A stretch of 64,000 nt of DNA from Lachnospiraceae bacterium (GTDB lineage Bacteria; Bacillota; Clostridia; Lachnospirales; Lachnospiraceae), in NCBI GenBank assembly GCA_030537215.1, contig JAUNOF010000003.1:2610-66609 (forward strand), in the 5' to 3' direction. Both the position numbers and the translations under genes were made by a program. Below, piece after piece: positions 41,864 to 50,371 of this stretch; the first letter of the stretch is position 1; each line of letters begins with the position of its first letter. The notes below the pieces were generated by a model. It saw only the letters and a program-made list of their open reading frames with translations, did no database searches and had not been told where the DNA came from.

Positions 41864-43069
41864 TCACTGACGGTATTCACCGCTGCGGGAACGGATGAAA
41901 TTCAGAACTCCAAACAGGATCATCAGAACCATATTGATCATCAAAGTTCCCATGGCAGCTGTGATGCCTATGCTGTCTGCCAGATAGCCTACCAGCTGCG
42001 GCGTCATGATGCCGCCTAAAGAGGCGATGGCTGTGAGGACAGACATACCAAAGGTGGAGCCTATAATATACTGACCGCCTTCGGCTACGCAGGTTGGGTA
42101 GATACCGGCAAGGAAGAAGCCCAGTCCCATCAGTGCCGCGGTAATGACCGGCAGCGTGGATGCGGAGATCAGAATCAGGAAGCAGGCCGAGCTTCCCAGC
42201 GTCTGGATCAGGATCAGGCGGTTCCGGCGGACGAAGGAAGAAAGTCTGGCTGTGGTCAGCCGGCCGATCATGATCACCACCCAGGTAATGGATACCAGAT
42301 TGGTGGCAAAGGTTTCGCTCATAATGCCAGTGCCCTGCAGGTAGGTGACAAACCAGCCATTGATGCAGTTTTCCAATCCAAGATAAAAGAAAAGGAGAAA
42401 TGCAATCACATAAAAATCCGGACACCGCAGAAAGGAACTGGCTGCTCTGGGTGCTGCTTCCGATACTGCCTTTCTGCCGGTCGGCGGCTTTAAAAGGCTG
42501 TAATCCATAGTTCGGTAGCTGATGGCTGAGGTAACGGACATGGCAGCCAGAAGGTACAGGATCATCCGCCAGCCCATTCCCATCTCAATCAGAAGGGCTG
42601 TCAGAAAGGGCGAAGTGAACGCACCTACTGCGAAGCTGCAGTGCAGGAGATTTAAATGCCGGGCCGGATCTGGTATGATCTGATTGACAGCCTGATTATT
42701 TATAATGGTGATGGAGCCTCTGGAAAGGCCGATGAGAAAAATCAGGATATACATCACCGGAAGCGGAGGAACTGCAGAAAACAGCAGCAGAACCACCGGG
42801 ATGGTAAAAGCCCAGAAGGTAATCGTATGCTTCAGACCTGCTTTGGCGGAAATAGCAGGAAAAGCAAAACTTGCCATCAGGTTTCCTACTGCCATAAAGG
42901 AGATCAGACCGCCTGCGGCTGCGAAATTCATGCCGGAATCCCGGATCAGAGACGGCATGATGGCACCGAATGACAGGATCACCATGCCGCTGACGAAGTA
43001 ACCGTAGCAGCAGCGGAGAAAGACAGCAGCAGCTTTGTTTGGATGATTTGGATGGTTTGACACAGACAT
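41864..43069 (-). CDS. MFS transporter
   Basis: About 12 hydrophobic segments; LNLLHCSFAVGA and FFYLGLE motifs like FucP/TsgA-type MFS. Confidence 0.85.
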   Translation of the reverse strand: MSVSNHPNHPNKAAAVFLRCCYGYFVSGMVILSFGAIMPSLIRDSGMNFAAAGGLISFMAVGNLMASFAFPAISAKAGLKHTITFWAFTIPVVLLLFSAVPPLPVMYILIFLIGLSRGSITIINNQAVNQIIPDPARHLNLLHCSFAVGAFTSPFLTALLIEMGMGWRMILYLLAAMSVTSAISYRTMDYSLLKPPTGRKAVSEAAPRAASSFLRCPDFYVIAFLLFFYLGLENCINGWFVTYLQGTGIMSETFATNLVSITWVVIMIGRLTTARLSSFVRRNRLILIQTLGSSACFLILISASTLPVITAALMGLGFFLAGIYPTCVAEGGQYIIGSTFGMSVLTAIASLGGIMTPQLVGYLADSIGITAAMGTLMINMVLMILFGVLNFIRSRSGEYRQ

Positions 43070-43209
43070 ATGGAAATGCCTCTCTTTCTGTTGAAATTGT
43101 CTGGAACTCTTTTTGGCAAACTATCTTAGATTATAGCATGTGATGGGGAATGTGCAAGCAGAAAACCAGTGAAAAAGCGAAAAAAAACGAAAAAAGCAGA
43201 GAAAAACGG

Positions 43210-43238
43210 TTGACAGAAAAAGGATGACATGCTATTAT
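43210..43238 (+). promoter_or_regulatory. SigA promoter of rplU operon
   Basis: TTGACA, 17 nt, extended -10 TGcTATTAT. Confidence 0.75.
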
Positions 43239-43244
43239 AATCAA

Positions 43245-43315
43245 GTATGCCGCACAATGAGGTTATAAGACTGCCATGAAGCAGGCACCGCAATTGGCGA
43301 GTAATGATAATAGGA
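43245..43315 (+). promoter_or_regulatory. Probable L21 leader (ribosomal protein autoregulatory RNA)
   Basis: 5' UTR of rplU with GCCGCAC..GGCGAG ends and internal TGCC/GGCA stem; position matches the Firmicutes L21 leader; not tested against a covariance model. Confidence 0.55.
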
Positions 43316-43326
43316 GGTCCCTAAGA

Positions 43327-43635
43327 ATGTACGCGATTATTGCAACTGGTGGAAAGCAGTACAAGGTAGCTGAGGGCGATATCATTAAGGTAGAGAAGCT
43401 GGGCGTAGAGGCTGGCGAGACCGTTACCTTCGACCAGGTACTGGCTGTAAGCAACGGTGAATTAACCGTAGGATGCCCAACTGTAGCAGGCGCAACCGTT
43501 ACTGCATCTGTAGTAAAGGAAGGCAAGGCTAAGAAGGTTATCGTTTACAAGTATAAGAGAAAAACTGGCTATCATAAGAAAAACGGCCACAGACAGCTCT
43601 ATACTCAGGTTAAGATTGAAAAGATCAACGCTTAA
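43327..43635 (+). CDS. rplU: 50S ribosomal protein L21
   Basis: [21 protein letters not shown]. Confidence 0.97.
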   Translation: MYAIIATGGKQYKVAEGDIIKVEKLGVEAGETVTFDQVLAVSNGELTVGCPTVAGATVTASVVKEGKAKKVIVYKYKRKTGYHKKNGHRQLYTQVKIEKINA

Positions 43636-43637
43636 TT

Positions 43638-43967
43638 ATGATTCATGTAACCGTATTTCGGGATTCCAGCAGACTGGTAAAGGGCATTGAATATAAGGGC
43701 CATGCTGGTTACGCAGAATATGGACAGGATATTATCTGTTCTGCCATGTCCGCTTTGGCGCTGAATATGGCAAATTCTGTGGAAGCCTTCACCGATGATC
43801 CATTTGATGGTCAGGTCGATGAAGAGAACGGCGGGTTTACCTTTCATTTCACCGGAGCCGTCAGCAGAGAATCAAAATTACTGATGGATTCCTTGATATT
43901 GGGAATTACAAATATCCGGGAAGCCTATGGAAACGAATATATTAATATCCGATACAGGGAGGTGTAA
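43638..43967 (+). CDS. prp: Ribosomal-processing cysteine protease Prp
   Basis: [13 protein letters not shown] motif, between rplU and rpmA. Confidence 0.92.
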   Translation: MIHVTVFRDSSRLVKGIEYKGHAGYAEYGQDIICSAMSALALNMANSVEAFTDDPFDGQVDEENGGFTFHFTGAVSRESKLLMDSLILGITNIREAYGNEYINIRYREV

Positions 43968-43969
43968 CT

Positions 43970-44260
43970 ATGTTTAAGATGAACCTTCAGTTATTCGCTC
44001 ACAAGAAGGGTGTTGGTTCTACCAAGAACGGCCGTGATTCTGAGGCTAAGAGACTTGGCGCGAAGAGAGCAGACGGACAGTTCGTACTGGCTGGCAACAT
44101 TCTGTACAGACAGCGCGGAACCAAGATTCACCCAGGCAACAACGTAGGCAAGGGCGGAGATGATACCTTATTCGCTTTAATTGACGGCGTTGTAAAGTTT
44201 GAGAGAAAGGGCAGAGACAAGAAGCAGGTTTCTGTTTATCCAAAAGTAATCAACGAATAA
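43970..44260 (+). CDS. rpmA: 50S ribosomal protein L27 with Prp-cleaved N-terminal extension
   Basis: [24 protein letters not shown]. Confidence 0.97.
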   Translation: MFKMNLQLFAHKKGVGSTKNGRDSEAKRLGAKRADGQFVLAGNILYRQRGTKIHPGNNVGKGGDDTLFALIDGVVKFERKGRDKKQVSVYPKVINE

Positions 44261-44445
44261 TGAACGAGGTCGGGCTTCATACTGAATGGTATGAGGCCCT
44301 TCTTTATGAATCCTGTATTACACCATGATGTATGAGAAGAAATGCGCTGTATTATCAGATGACAGGTGCCAAGGGAGAGTTTCTTAACGATTTCCGGCGG
44401 CTCTGCTGTCCGGGACAATACATGAAGAAAGGTATGGTGAATATT

Positions 44446-45738
44446 ATGTTTTGCGACAGTGCAAAGGTATTTATTAAATCAGGAAAAGGCGGCGACGGCC
44501 ACGTTTCCTTCCGCCGGGAACTTTATGTGCCGGCAGGCGGGCCGGACGGAGGAGATGGAGGCCGGGGCGGAGATATTATCTTTGAGGTAGAAGATGGACT
44601 GAATACTTTGACCGATTTCCGTCATGTAAGAAAATATGTGGCAACCAGCGGTCAGGAGGGCGGAAAACGCCGCTGTCACGGCGCCGACGGAGAAGACCTG
44701 GTGATTAAGGTTCCGGAGGGAACGGTGATCAAGGATTTTGAAACAGGCAAGGTAATTGCCGATATGTCCGGTGAAAACCGCCGGGAGGTTATTTTAAAGG
44801 GCGGAAAAGGCGGCCTGGGAAATATGCATTACGCCACTTCCACCATGCAGGCGCCGAAATATGCACAGCCAGGGCAGCCGGCGCAGGAGCTTTGGGTGCA
44901 GCTGGAACTTAAGGTGATCGCTGATGTAGGATTGGTAGGATTTCCAAATGTAGGAAAGTCTACCCTGTTATCCAGAGTCAGCAATGCCAGACCGAAAATA
45001 GCAAATTATCACTTTACTACCTTAAATCCTCATCTTGGCGTGGTAGATCTGGGAGATGGAGCCGGTTTTGTGATGGCGGATATTCCCGGACTGATCGAAG
45101 GCGCTTCGGAAGGAGTGGGATTGGGACATGATTTCCTGCGCCATATTGAGCGCACCCGGGTACTGATCCATGTGGTGGATGCAGCGTCTACGGAAGGACG
45201 GAATCCTATCGATGACATCCAGGCCATTAACCGGGAATTGGAGGCCTATAATCCTCAGCTTTCCCAAAAGCCCCAGGTAATTGCCGCTAATAAGACAGAT
45301 GCCATTTACGTGGATGAGGAAACTCCAGATCCGGTGGAGGCGCTGAAGGCAAAGTTTGAGCCGAAGGGAATCAAGGTATTCCCAATTTCTGCAGTAAGCG
45401 GCCAGGGTGTGAAGGAATTATTATATTATGTCAATGAATTGTTAAAAACGGTAGAGAGCACTCCGGTCATCTTTGAGCGGGAGTTCGATCTTTCTGCAAT
45501 CAATGTGGCTTCAAATCTTCCTTATACGGTGGAGAAGGATGAGGACGGCATTTATGTGGTAGAAGGACCGAGGATTGAGAAGATGCTGGGCTATACGAAT
45601 CTGGAATCGGAGAAAGGCTTTGATTTCTTCCAGAAGTTCCTGAAGGAAAATGGTATCCTGGATCAGCTGGAAAAAGCGGGAATACAGGAAGGCGACACGG
45701 TTCGAATGTATGGTCTTGTGTTTGATTATTATAAATAA
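44446..45738 (+). CDS. obgE: GTPase ObgE
   Basis: GGPDGGDGGRGG, GFPNVGKST, DIPGLIEGA, NKTD. Confidence 0.96.
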   Translation: MFCDSAKVFIKSGKGGDGHVSFRRELYVPAGGPDGGDGGRGGDIIFEVEDGLNTLTDFRHVRKYVATSGQEGGKRRCHGADGEDLVIKVPEGTVIKDFETGKVIADMSGENRREVILKGGKGGLGNMHYATSTMQAPKYAQPGQPAQELWVQLELKVIADVGLVGFPNVGKSTLLSRVSNARPKIANYHFTTLNPHLGVVDLGDGAGFVMADIPGLIEGASEGVGLGHDFLRHIERTRVLIHVVDAASTEGRNPIDDIQAINRELEAYNPQLSQKPQVIAANKTDAIYVDEETPDPVEALKAKFEPKGIKVFPISAVSGQGVKELLYYVNELLKTVESTPVIFEREFDLSAINVASNLPYTVEKDEDGIYVVEGPRIEKMLGYTNLESEKGFDFFQKFLKENGILDQLEKAGIQEGDTVRMYGLVFDYYK

Positions 45739-45749
45739 GGAGCAGAAAA

Positions 45750-46046
45750 ATGACAAGTAAGCAGAGATCCTATTTAAAAGGACTGGCTATGAATATAGAG
45801 CCGATTTTTCAGATTGGAAAATCCAGCCTGACGCCAGAGGTTACGTCGGCAGTGGATGAGGCATTGGAAGCACGGGAGTTGATCAAGATCACCGTTTTAA
45901 AGAACTGTCTGGATGACGGCAGATCCATCGGTGAGGTGCTGGCAGAGCGGACACGTTCCCAGCTGGTGCAGGTGATTGGGCGAAAGATCGTTCTTTATCG
46001 TCCGGCAAAGGACGAAACCAAACGGAAGATCCAGCTTCCGCAGTAA
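45750..46046 (+). CDS. yhbY: Ribosome assembly RNA-binding protein YhbY
   Basis: KQRSYLK, QIGK, ELIKI, VQVIG CRM domain. Confidence 0.92.
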   Translation: MTSKQRSYLKGLAMNIEPIFQIGKSSLTPEVTSAVDEALEARELIKITVLKNCLDDGRSIGEVLAERTRSQLVQVIGRKIVLYRPAKDETKRKIQLPQ

Positions 46047-46080
46047 AACTTCGTGCAATATTTGTTTTCAGGAGGGAATG

Positions 46081-46701
46081 ATGGCGAAAATTGGAATTAT
46101 GGGAGGAACCTTTGATCCCATTCACAATGGGCATCTGATGCTGGGGAGACAGGCACTGGAGGAATATCAGCTGGATCAGATCTGGTTTATGCCTTCCGGG
46201 CAGCCGCCTCATAAGAAGGATCATCCAGTGACCGATGCAGATATTCGCTGCGAAATGGTAAGGCTGGCGCTGCTGGGACAGCCTGGCTTTCTATTTTCTG
46301 ATTTTGAGATCAGACGTCCCGGCAATACCTACACGGCGCAGACGCTGGCACTCCTGCATCAGGAGTATCCGCAGCATGAATTTTATTTTATTGTAGGGGC
46401 AGATTCCCTTTATGAAATTGAGGGGTGGTATGAGCCGGAACGGATCATGTCCCAGACAGTCATTCTGGCAGCCGGCCGGGAATACGAAGGAATACATCGA
46501 AGCCTGAAAGGACAGATGAACTACCTGAAAGAGAAATACGGTGCGCAGATTGAATATCTTCACTGCCGGGAAATGGATATTTCTTCTGAAGAGATCCGAA
46601 GCCTTACAGCAGAAGGCCAATCAGTGAAAGCGCTTGTGCCGGAGGCCGTTTTTGCATACATGGAGAAGAACCATCTGTACCAGCATTCCGTACTTGTTTA
46701 G
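46081..46701 (+). CDS. nadD: Nicotinate-nucleotide adenylyltransferase
   Basis: GGTFDPIHNGH, FIVGADS, ISSEEIR. Confidence 0.94.
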   Translation: MAKIGIMGGTFDPIHNGHLMLGRQALEEYQLDQIWFMPSGQPPHKKDHPVTDADIRCEMVRLALLGQPGFLFSDFEIRRPGNTYTAQTLALLHQEYPQHEFYFIVGADSLYEIEGWYEPERIMSQTVILAAGREYEGIHRSLKGQMNYLKEKYGAQIEYLHCREMDISSEEIRSLTAEGQSVKALVPEAVFAYMEKNHLYQHSVLV

Positions 46702-46715
46702 AGGAGGATATCCAA

Positions 46716-47330
46716 ATGACAGAAGCATTTAATTTGATTTCGTCTTACCGCAGAAATTTAGAAATGAAACTGGATCCCATGCGCTATGAGCATTCCCTCA
46801 GTGTGTCCTATACCTGTATGAATCTGGCAATGCGCTATGGATATGACATGGAAAAAGCAGAGCTGGCAGGACTGCTCCATGACTGTGGGAAACGGTATTC
46901 TGATGATATTATCCTGAAAAAATGCAAAAAGCATAATATTTCCTTTACGCCGGAGGAGGAGGCCGCTCCGGCTGTTCTCCACGCAAATTATGGGGCCTGG
47001 CTGGCGCAGAATAAATATGGGATCCAGGATCCGGAGATTTTGTCTGCAATTCTGTACCACACCACAGGAAGACCAGAGATGTCCATGCTGGAGAAGATCG
47101 TTTATATCGCCGATTACATCGAACCCAGGCGATATAAGGCAACAGATCTGCCGCAGATGCGTAAGCTGGCTTACATCGACCTGGACGAAACGATGTACGA
47201 AATATTAAAAGGGACTCTGGCCTATCTGAATAAAAAATCCGGCAAGATTGACCCGATGACCCGGAAGGCATTTGACTATTATCAGGAGCTTCACAGAAAA
47301 AGCGTCCTGGCGAAAGAATTAAATGATTGA
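46716..47330 (+). CDS. yqeK: Ap4A hydrolase YqeK (HD domain)
   Basis: RYEHS, LLHDCGK, HTTG, ADYIEP. Confidence 0.92.
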   Translation: MTEAFNLISSYRRNLEMKLDPMRYEHSLSVSYTCMNLAMRYGYDMEKAELAGLLHDCGKRYSDDIILKKCKKHNISFTPEEEAAPAVLHANYGAWLAQNKYGIQDPEILSAILYHTTGRPEMSMLEKIVYIADYIEPRRYKATDLPQMRKLAYIDLDETMYEILKGTLAYLNKKSGKIDPMTRKAFDYYQELHRKSVLAKELND

Positions 47331-47343
47331 GAAGGAGAACGAT

Positions 47344-47697
47344 ATGGATCATTCAAAGGAAATGGTAAAGCTGGCATTTGCCGCACTGGAGGAGAAAAAA
47401 GGAGAAGATATTCAGATCATCGATATCCAGGGCGTTTCTGTGCTGGCTGATTACTTTATCATAGCCAACGGCAATAATTCCAACCAGGTGCAGGCCATGG
47501 CAGATCAGGTACAGGAGGATCTGGCAAAAGCTGGATACCAGTGCAAGCAGGTAGAAGGCTACCAGTCTGCAAACTGGATTCTGATGGACTACAAGGATAT
47601 TATCGTTCATGTATTCTGCAGAGAAGATCGTCTGTTCTATGATCTGGAACGGATCTGGAGGGACGGCAAGACGATTGTGGATGTGAAGGAGCTGTAA
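47344..47697 (+). CDS. rsfS: Ribosome silencing factor
   Basis: KKGEDI, ADYFII, WILMDY, FYDLERIW. Confidence 0.94.
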   Translation: MDHSKEMVKLAFAALEEKKGEDIQIIDIQGVSVLADYFIIANGNNSNQVQAMADQVQEDLAKAGYQCKQVEGYQSANWILMDYKDIIVHVFCREDRLFYDLERIWRDGKTIVDVKEL

Positions 47698-47700
47698 AGC

Positions 47701-47892
47701 ATATTACCAGAACCGCTGCGCGAACCCGGTAATCCGATGGACGGCGCGAAATGCGCGCCTTTTATGAGAATCTGCTTGCGCAGCTTCTTATAAGCTATAT
47801 TACCAGAACCGCTGCGCGAACCTGATAATCAGATTAACGGCGCAAAATGCGCGCCTTTTATCGAAAGATGCTTACGCATCTTCCGATAAGCT
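47701..47892. repeat. Two tandem 96 bp structured repeat units
   Basis: Units 47701-47796 and 47797-47892 both start ATATTACCAGAACCGCTGCGCGAACC and contain several hairpins. Confidence 0.88.
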
Positions 47893-47915
47893 ATATTGCG
47901 GAGATGAAAATGAAC

Positions 47916-48075
47916 GTAACTATTCAGTAGGTCTGCGCAGGGTCTGCCCCAGCGAAGCGAGGGTATTTGCTGCGCTGACCGTAAGATAACCTAGGCCAGA
48001 AGGCAAAAATCCCATGGTTGGAGCCGATTTTAAATAGATTTTTGCTCGTAACTGTGAGGGGTACTGAACAGTTAC
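47916..48075. mobile_element. 160 bp non-autonomous MITE with perfect 8 bp target duplication
   Basis: Ends GTAACTATTCAGTA/TACTGAACAGTTAC; AAATGAAC on both sides (47908-47915, 48076-48083). Confidence 0.9.
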
Positions 48076-48083
48076 AAATGAAC

Positions 48084-48133
48084 AAAATAACCAGCAGGCA
48101 CGGCTGAAAAGCGGTGTGCCTGCTGGTTATTTT
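48084..48133. terminator. Bidirectional terminator between rsfS region and lexA
   Basis: AAAATAACCAGCAGGCAC/GTGCCTGCTGGTTATTTT. Confidence 0.85.
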
Positions 48134-48149
48134 ATTTATGACGGTTTAC

Positions 48150-48764
48150 TTACATAAAACGGATCAGGCCGACTACCTTTCCCAGCACCTGGACATCTGT
48201 TGCGAAAATAGGATCCATGGCATCATTCTCCGGTTGCAGGCGGATGCGGTCTGTTTCTTTAAAAAAACGCTTTACCGTAGCAGAATCCTCTAAAAGAGCA
48301 ACTACGATATCTCCATTTTCAGCCGTTTCCTGCTGCGCTACGATGATCTGATCACCATCAAAAATTCCGGCATTAATCATGCTGTCTCCCTTTACTTTCA
48401 GTATAAAGGCTTCCTGGTTGGGAAGAAGCTCAGAGGGAACTGGGAAATAGTTTTCAATATTTTCCTGTGCCAGGATTGGCTGTCCGGCTGCCACAGCACC
48501 AACAAGCGGAACGTTGACTACCTCTCTGCGGGTAAGATTAAAGCAGTCATCTAAGATTTCAATAGTTCTGGGCTTTGTAGGGTCACGGCGAATGTATCCA
48601 TTCTCCTCCAGCGTTTCAAGATGAGAGTGAACGGATGAAGTGGATTTTAAATGAACCGCTTCACAAATCTCCCGGACCGCCGGCGGATATCCCTTCTTCA
48701 ATATAGTTTCTTTAATATATTCTAAAATTTCCTGCTGCTTTGCAGAAATTTTTCCTTGTGCCAT
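48150..48764 (-). CDS. lexA: SOS repressor LexA
   Basis: [21 protein letters not shown] cleavage site, GDSM, ATVKRF. Confidence 0.96.
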   Translation of the reverse strand: MAQGKISAKQQEILEYIKETILKKGYPPAVREICEAVHLKSTSSVHSHLETLEENGYIRRDPTKPRTIEILDDCFNLTRREVVNVPLVGAVAAGQPILAQENIENYFPVPSELLPNQEAFILKVKGDSMINAGIFDGDQIIVAQQETAENGDIVVALLEDSATVKRFFKETDRIRLQPENDAMDPIFATDVQVLGKVVGLIRFM

Positions 48765-48833
48765 CTATGTAACCTCCTATGTAATCTCCATAATCTGCGG
48801 TTTTCAATTAGAAATATTTTCTATTTATAATGA

Positions 48834-48966
48834 TAACATAGGTTCGATAAAAATGCAAATAGAAATACAAACTTTTGTTCGAAAAAGGCTGAAAAGCAAT
48901 TGACAAACAAGTGTTCGGATGGTATGATATCAAACATAAGGAACGTTTGTTCGCGAACATATTTTC
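48834..48966. promoter_or_regulatory. Cluster of LexA (GAAC-N4-GTTC) boxes and yneA promoter
   Basis: GAACGTTTGTTC 48941-48952 (perfect); one-mismatch boxes at 48834, 48869, 48905, 48955; TTGACA 48900-48905, 17 nt, TATGAT 48923-48928. Confidence 0.85.
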
Positions 48967-49069
48967 GTTATGTGTGAGTATAAACTTTACATTAACATGA
49001 AATTCTAAATCTGGATTATACAATCTATTTTCTATAGAGAGTTTGATCGGATGGGGTACAGGAGGAAGT

Positions 49070-49669
49070 ATGAAGGAGATCAGAAGCGAATTGAAAGAAA
49101 CCATGAAACAAAATTCAGAAGGTGATGAAAACAGGGCGGTAAGAAGAAGTGACAGATGCAAAGTGATCAGCATAGAAGAAGCAAGAAAGCGAAACACAGG
49201 CTCAGGAAAGCAGGCCACATCTGCCTCCTCGTTCAAAAAAAGCAGAATGGATACCGTGGAAGAACCGGCATTAAAGGAGCTGGAACTGAAGCGAACGGCG
49301 ATGCGGAATGTAATCGGTACCGTTCAGGAAAGAGAGAGGCGGGCTGTAAGGCAGCGCCAGAGGCGGAAAGCACAGGTCTATCAGAGAAAGCTGGTCATTT
49401 GCTTCGCGGCGCTTCTGATCTTAGTAAATATATGCGGTTTCATGATGACCAACGCATTTGCAGATGAAGCGGTTTCTCCTGCACTGCATCCCTATTATAC
49501 CAGCATCCAGGTAGAAGAAGGCGATAGTCTTTGGAGCATTGCATCCCGTTACTCTGCTAAAAGCCCTATGGATACACAGGAATATGTTTCTGAACTGAAG
49601 CGGATGAATCAGCTGACCAGCGACACCATTCATGCAGGACATTACCTGACAGTGGTATATTATAAATAA
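49070..49669 (+). CDS. yneA: YneA-like SOS cell division inhibitor (TM plus LysM)
   Basis: Divergent from lexA behind SOS boxes; TM segment; LysM VEEGDSLWSIA...MNQL. Confidence 0.78.
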   Translation: MKEIRSELKETMKQNSEGDENRAVRRSDRCKVISIEEARKRNTGSGKQATSASSFKKSRMDTVEEPALKELELKRTAMRNVIGTVQERERRAVRQRQRRKAQVYQRKLVICFAALLILVNICGFMMTNAFADEAVSPALHPYYTSIQVEEGDSLWSIASRYSAKSPMDTQEYVSELKRMNQLTSDTIHAGHYLTVVYYK

Positions 49670-49676
49670 TAGCATC

Positions 49677-49703
49677 GTAACTGTTCAGTACCTTCACAGT
49701 TAC
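49677..49703. repeat. 27 bp solo terminal module of the MITE
   Basis: GTAACTGTTCAGTACCTTCACAGTTAC is the reverse complement of 41070-41096 with 1 mismatch; flanks ATAGCATC/ACAGCCTC (6/8). Confidence 0.8.
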
Positions 49704-49726
49704 ACAGCCTCTTTTTTCTGGTAAAG

Positions 49727-49781
49727 AGCGGTGATTTTTAAGCGGTAAATTGATTTCTGCTTAAAAATCACCGCTTCTTTA
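49727..49781 (+). terminator. Terminator after yneA-like gene
   Basis: 17 bp stem AGCGGTGATTTTTAAGC/GCTTAAAAATCACCGCT followed by TCTTT. Confidence 0.75.
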
Positions 49782-49838
49782 TTGTTTGGTTCCAAATCTG
49801 CTTTCTTTCCATTCCCATAAATTTTATTTAGAATACCC

Positions 49839-49867
49839 TTGCAAAGAGACCAGAATCCAGATAAAAT
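49839..49867 (+). promoter_or_regulatory. Putative SigA promoter of the Xre regulator
   Basis: TTGCAA (49839-49844), 17 nt, TAAAAT (49862-49867). Confidence 0.5.
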
Positions 49868-49941
49868 GTATCTATTCAGGAATTTTTTTCCAAAAAAGTC
49901 ATAGCTGCGTATAGGATCCTGTAAGAATAATGGAGGTGTTT

Positions 49942-50307
49942 ATGAAAAAAGAAACTAATGGCTACAGAAATATTGATCTGAAACGTACTGGCGCCAACCT
50001 GAGGCAATTGATTGCGGAGAAGGGATATGACGTGAGAAGCATTCAGGAATTGCTTCATCTGTCCTGCCCCCAGCCAATTTACCGCTGGTTCAAAGGACAG
50101 GTGCTTCCATCCGTGGATCATTTATTTATGTTGAGCATCCTGCTGGGTGTCCATATGGAAGAATTGCTGATCGAAGAGACCGTTGAAGCAGGGCAAGAGC
50201 TGATCACAGAGGTGGAAACACGGCAGGATCACAATTTCTTGAAACGGCTGCGGCTGCTTTTACCATTTTTTGGGACTATCAGTCCAATGAAAAATAAACA
50301 GATTTGA
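49942..50307 (+). CDS. Xre-family helix-turn-helix regulator
   Basis: GANLRQL..GYDVRSIQELL..QPIYRWFKGQVLPSVDHL..LGVHMEELL; GGAGG RBS. Confidence 0.82.
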   Translation: MKKETNGYRNIDLKRTGANLRQLIAEKGYDVRSIQELLHLSCPQPIYRWFKGQVLPSVDHLFMLSILLGVHMEELLIEETVEAGQELITEVETRQDHNFLKRLRLLLPFFGTISPMKNKQI

Positions 50308-50309
50308 GG

Positions 50310-50357
50310 TATCCTCTTATCAGGACAAGTATTTGTCTTGGTAAGAGGATATTTTTT
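50310..50357 (+). terminator. Terminator-like hairpin between regulator and structural genes
   Basis: TATCCTCTTATCAGGACAA/TTGTCTTGGTAAGAGGATA stem (with G-U pairs) followed by T6. Confidence 0.7.
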
Positions 50358-50371
50358 AAGTGAGGTAAGCG

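Noticed and set aside
43970-44000. N-terminal extension on L27
   Set aside because: Known Firmicutes feature removed by the adjacent Prp protease
47701-47897. Tandem repeats as a possible CRISPR array
   Set aside because: Whole 96 bp units are homologous with no unique spacers, there are only two units, and no cas genes are present
48808-49236. 142 aa - strand ORF upstream of lexA
   Set aside because: Overlaps the yneA-like gene and the SOS-box promoter region; no protein motif
49810-49837. CATTCCCATAA-ATTTTA-TTTAGAATACC as a second dif-like site at the left edge of the cassette
   Set aside because: Only the left arm resembles a Xer arm; the right arm does not match and AT-rich chance similarity is likely
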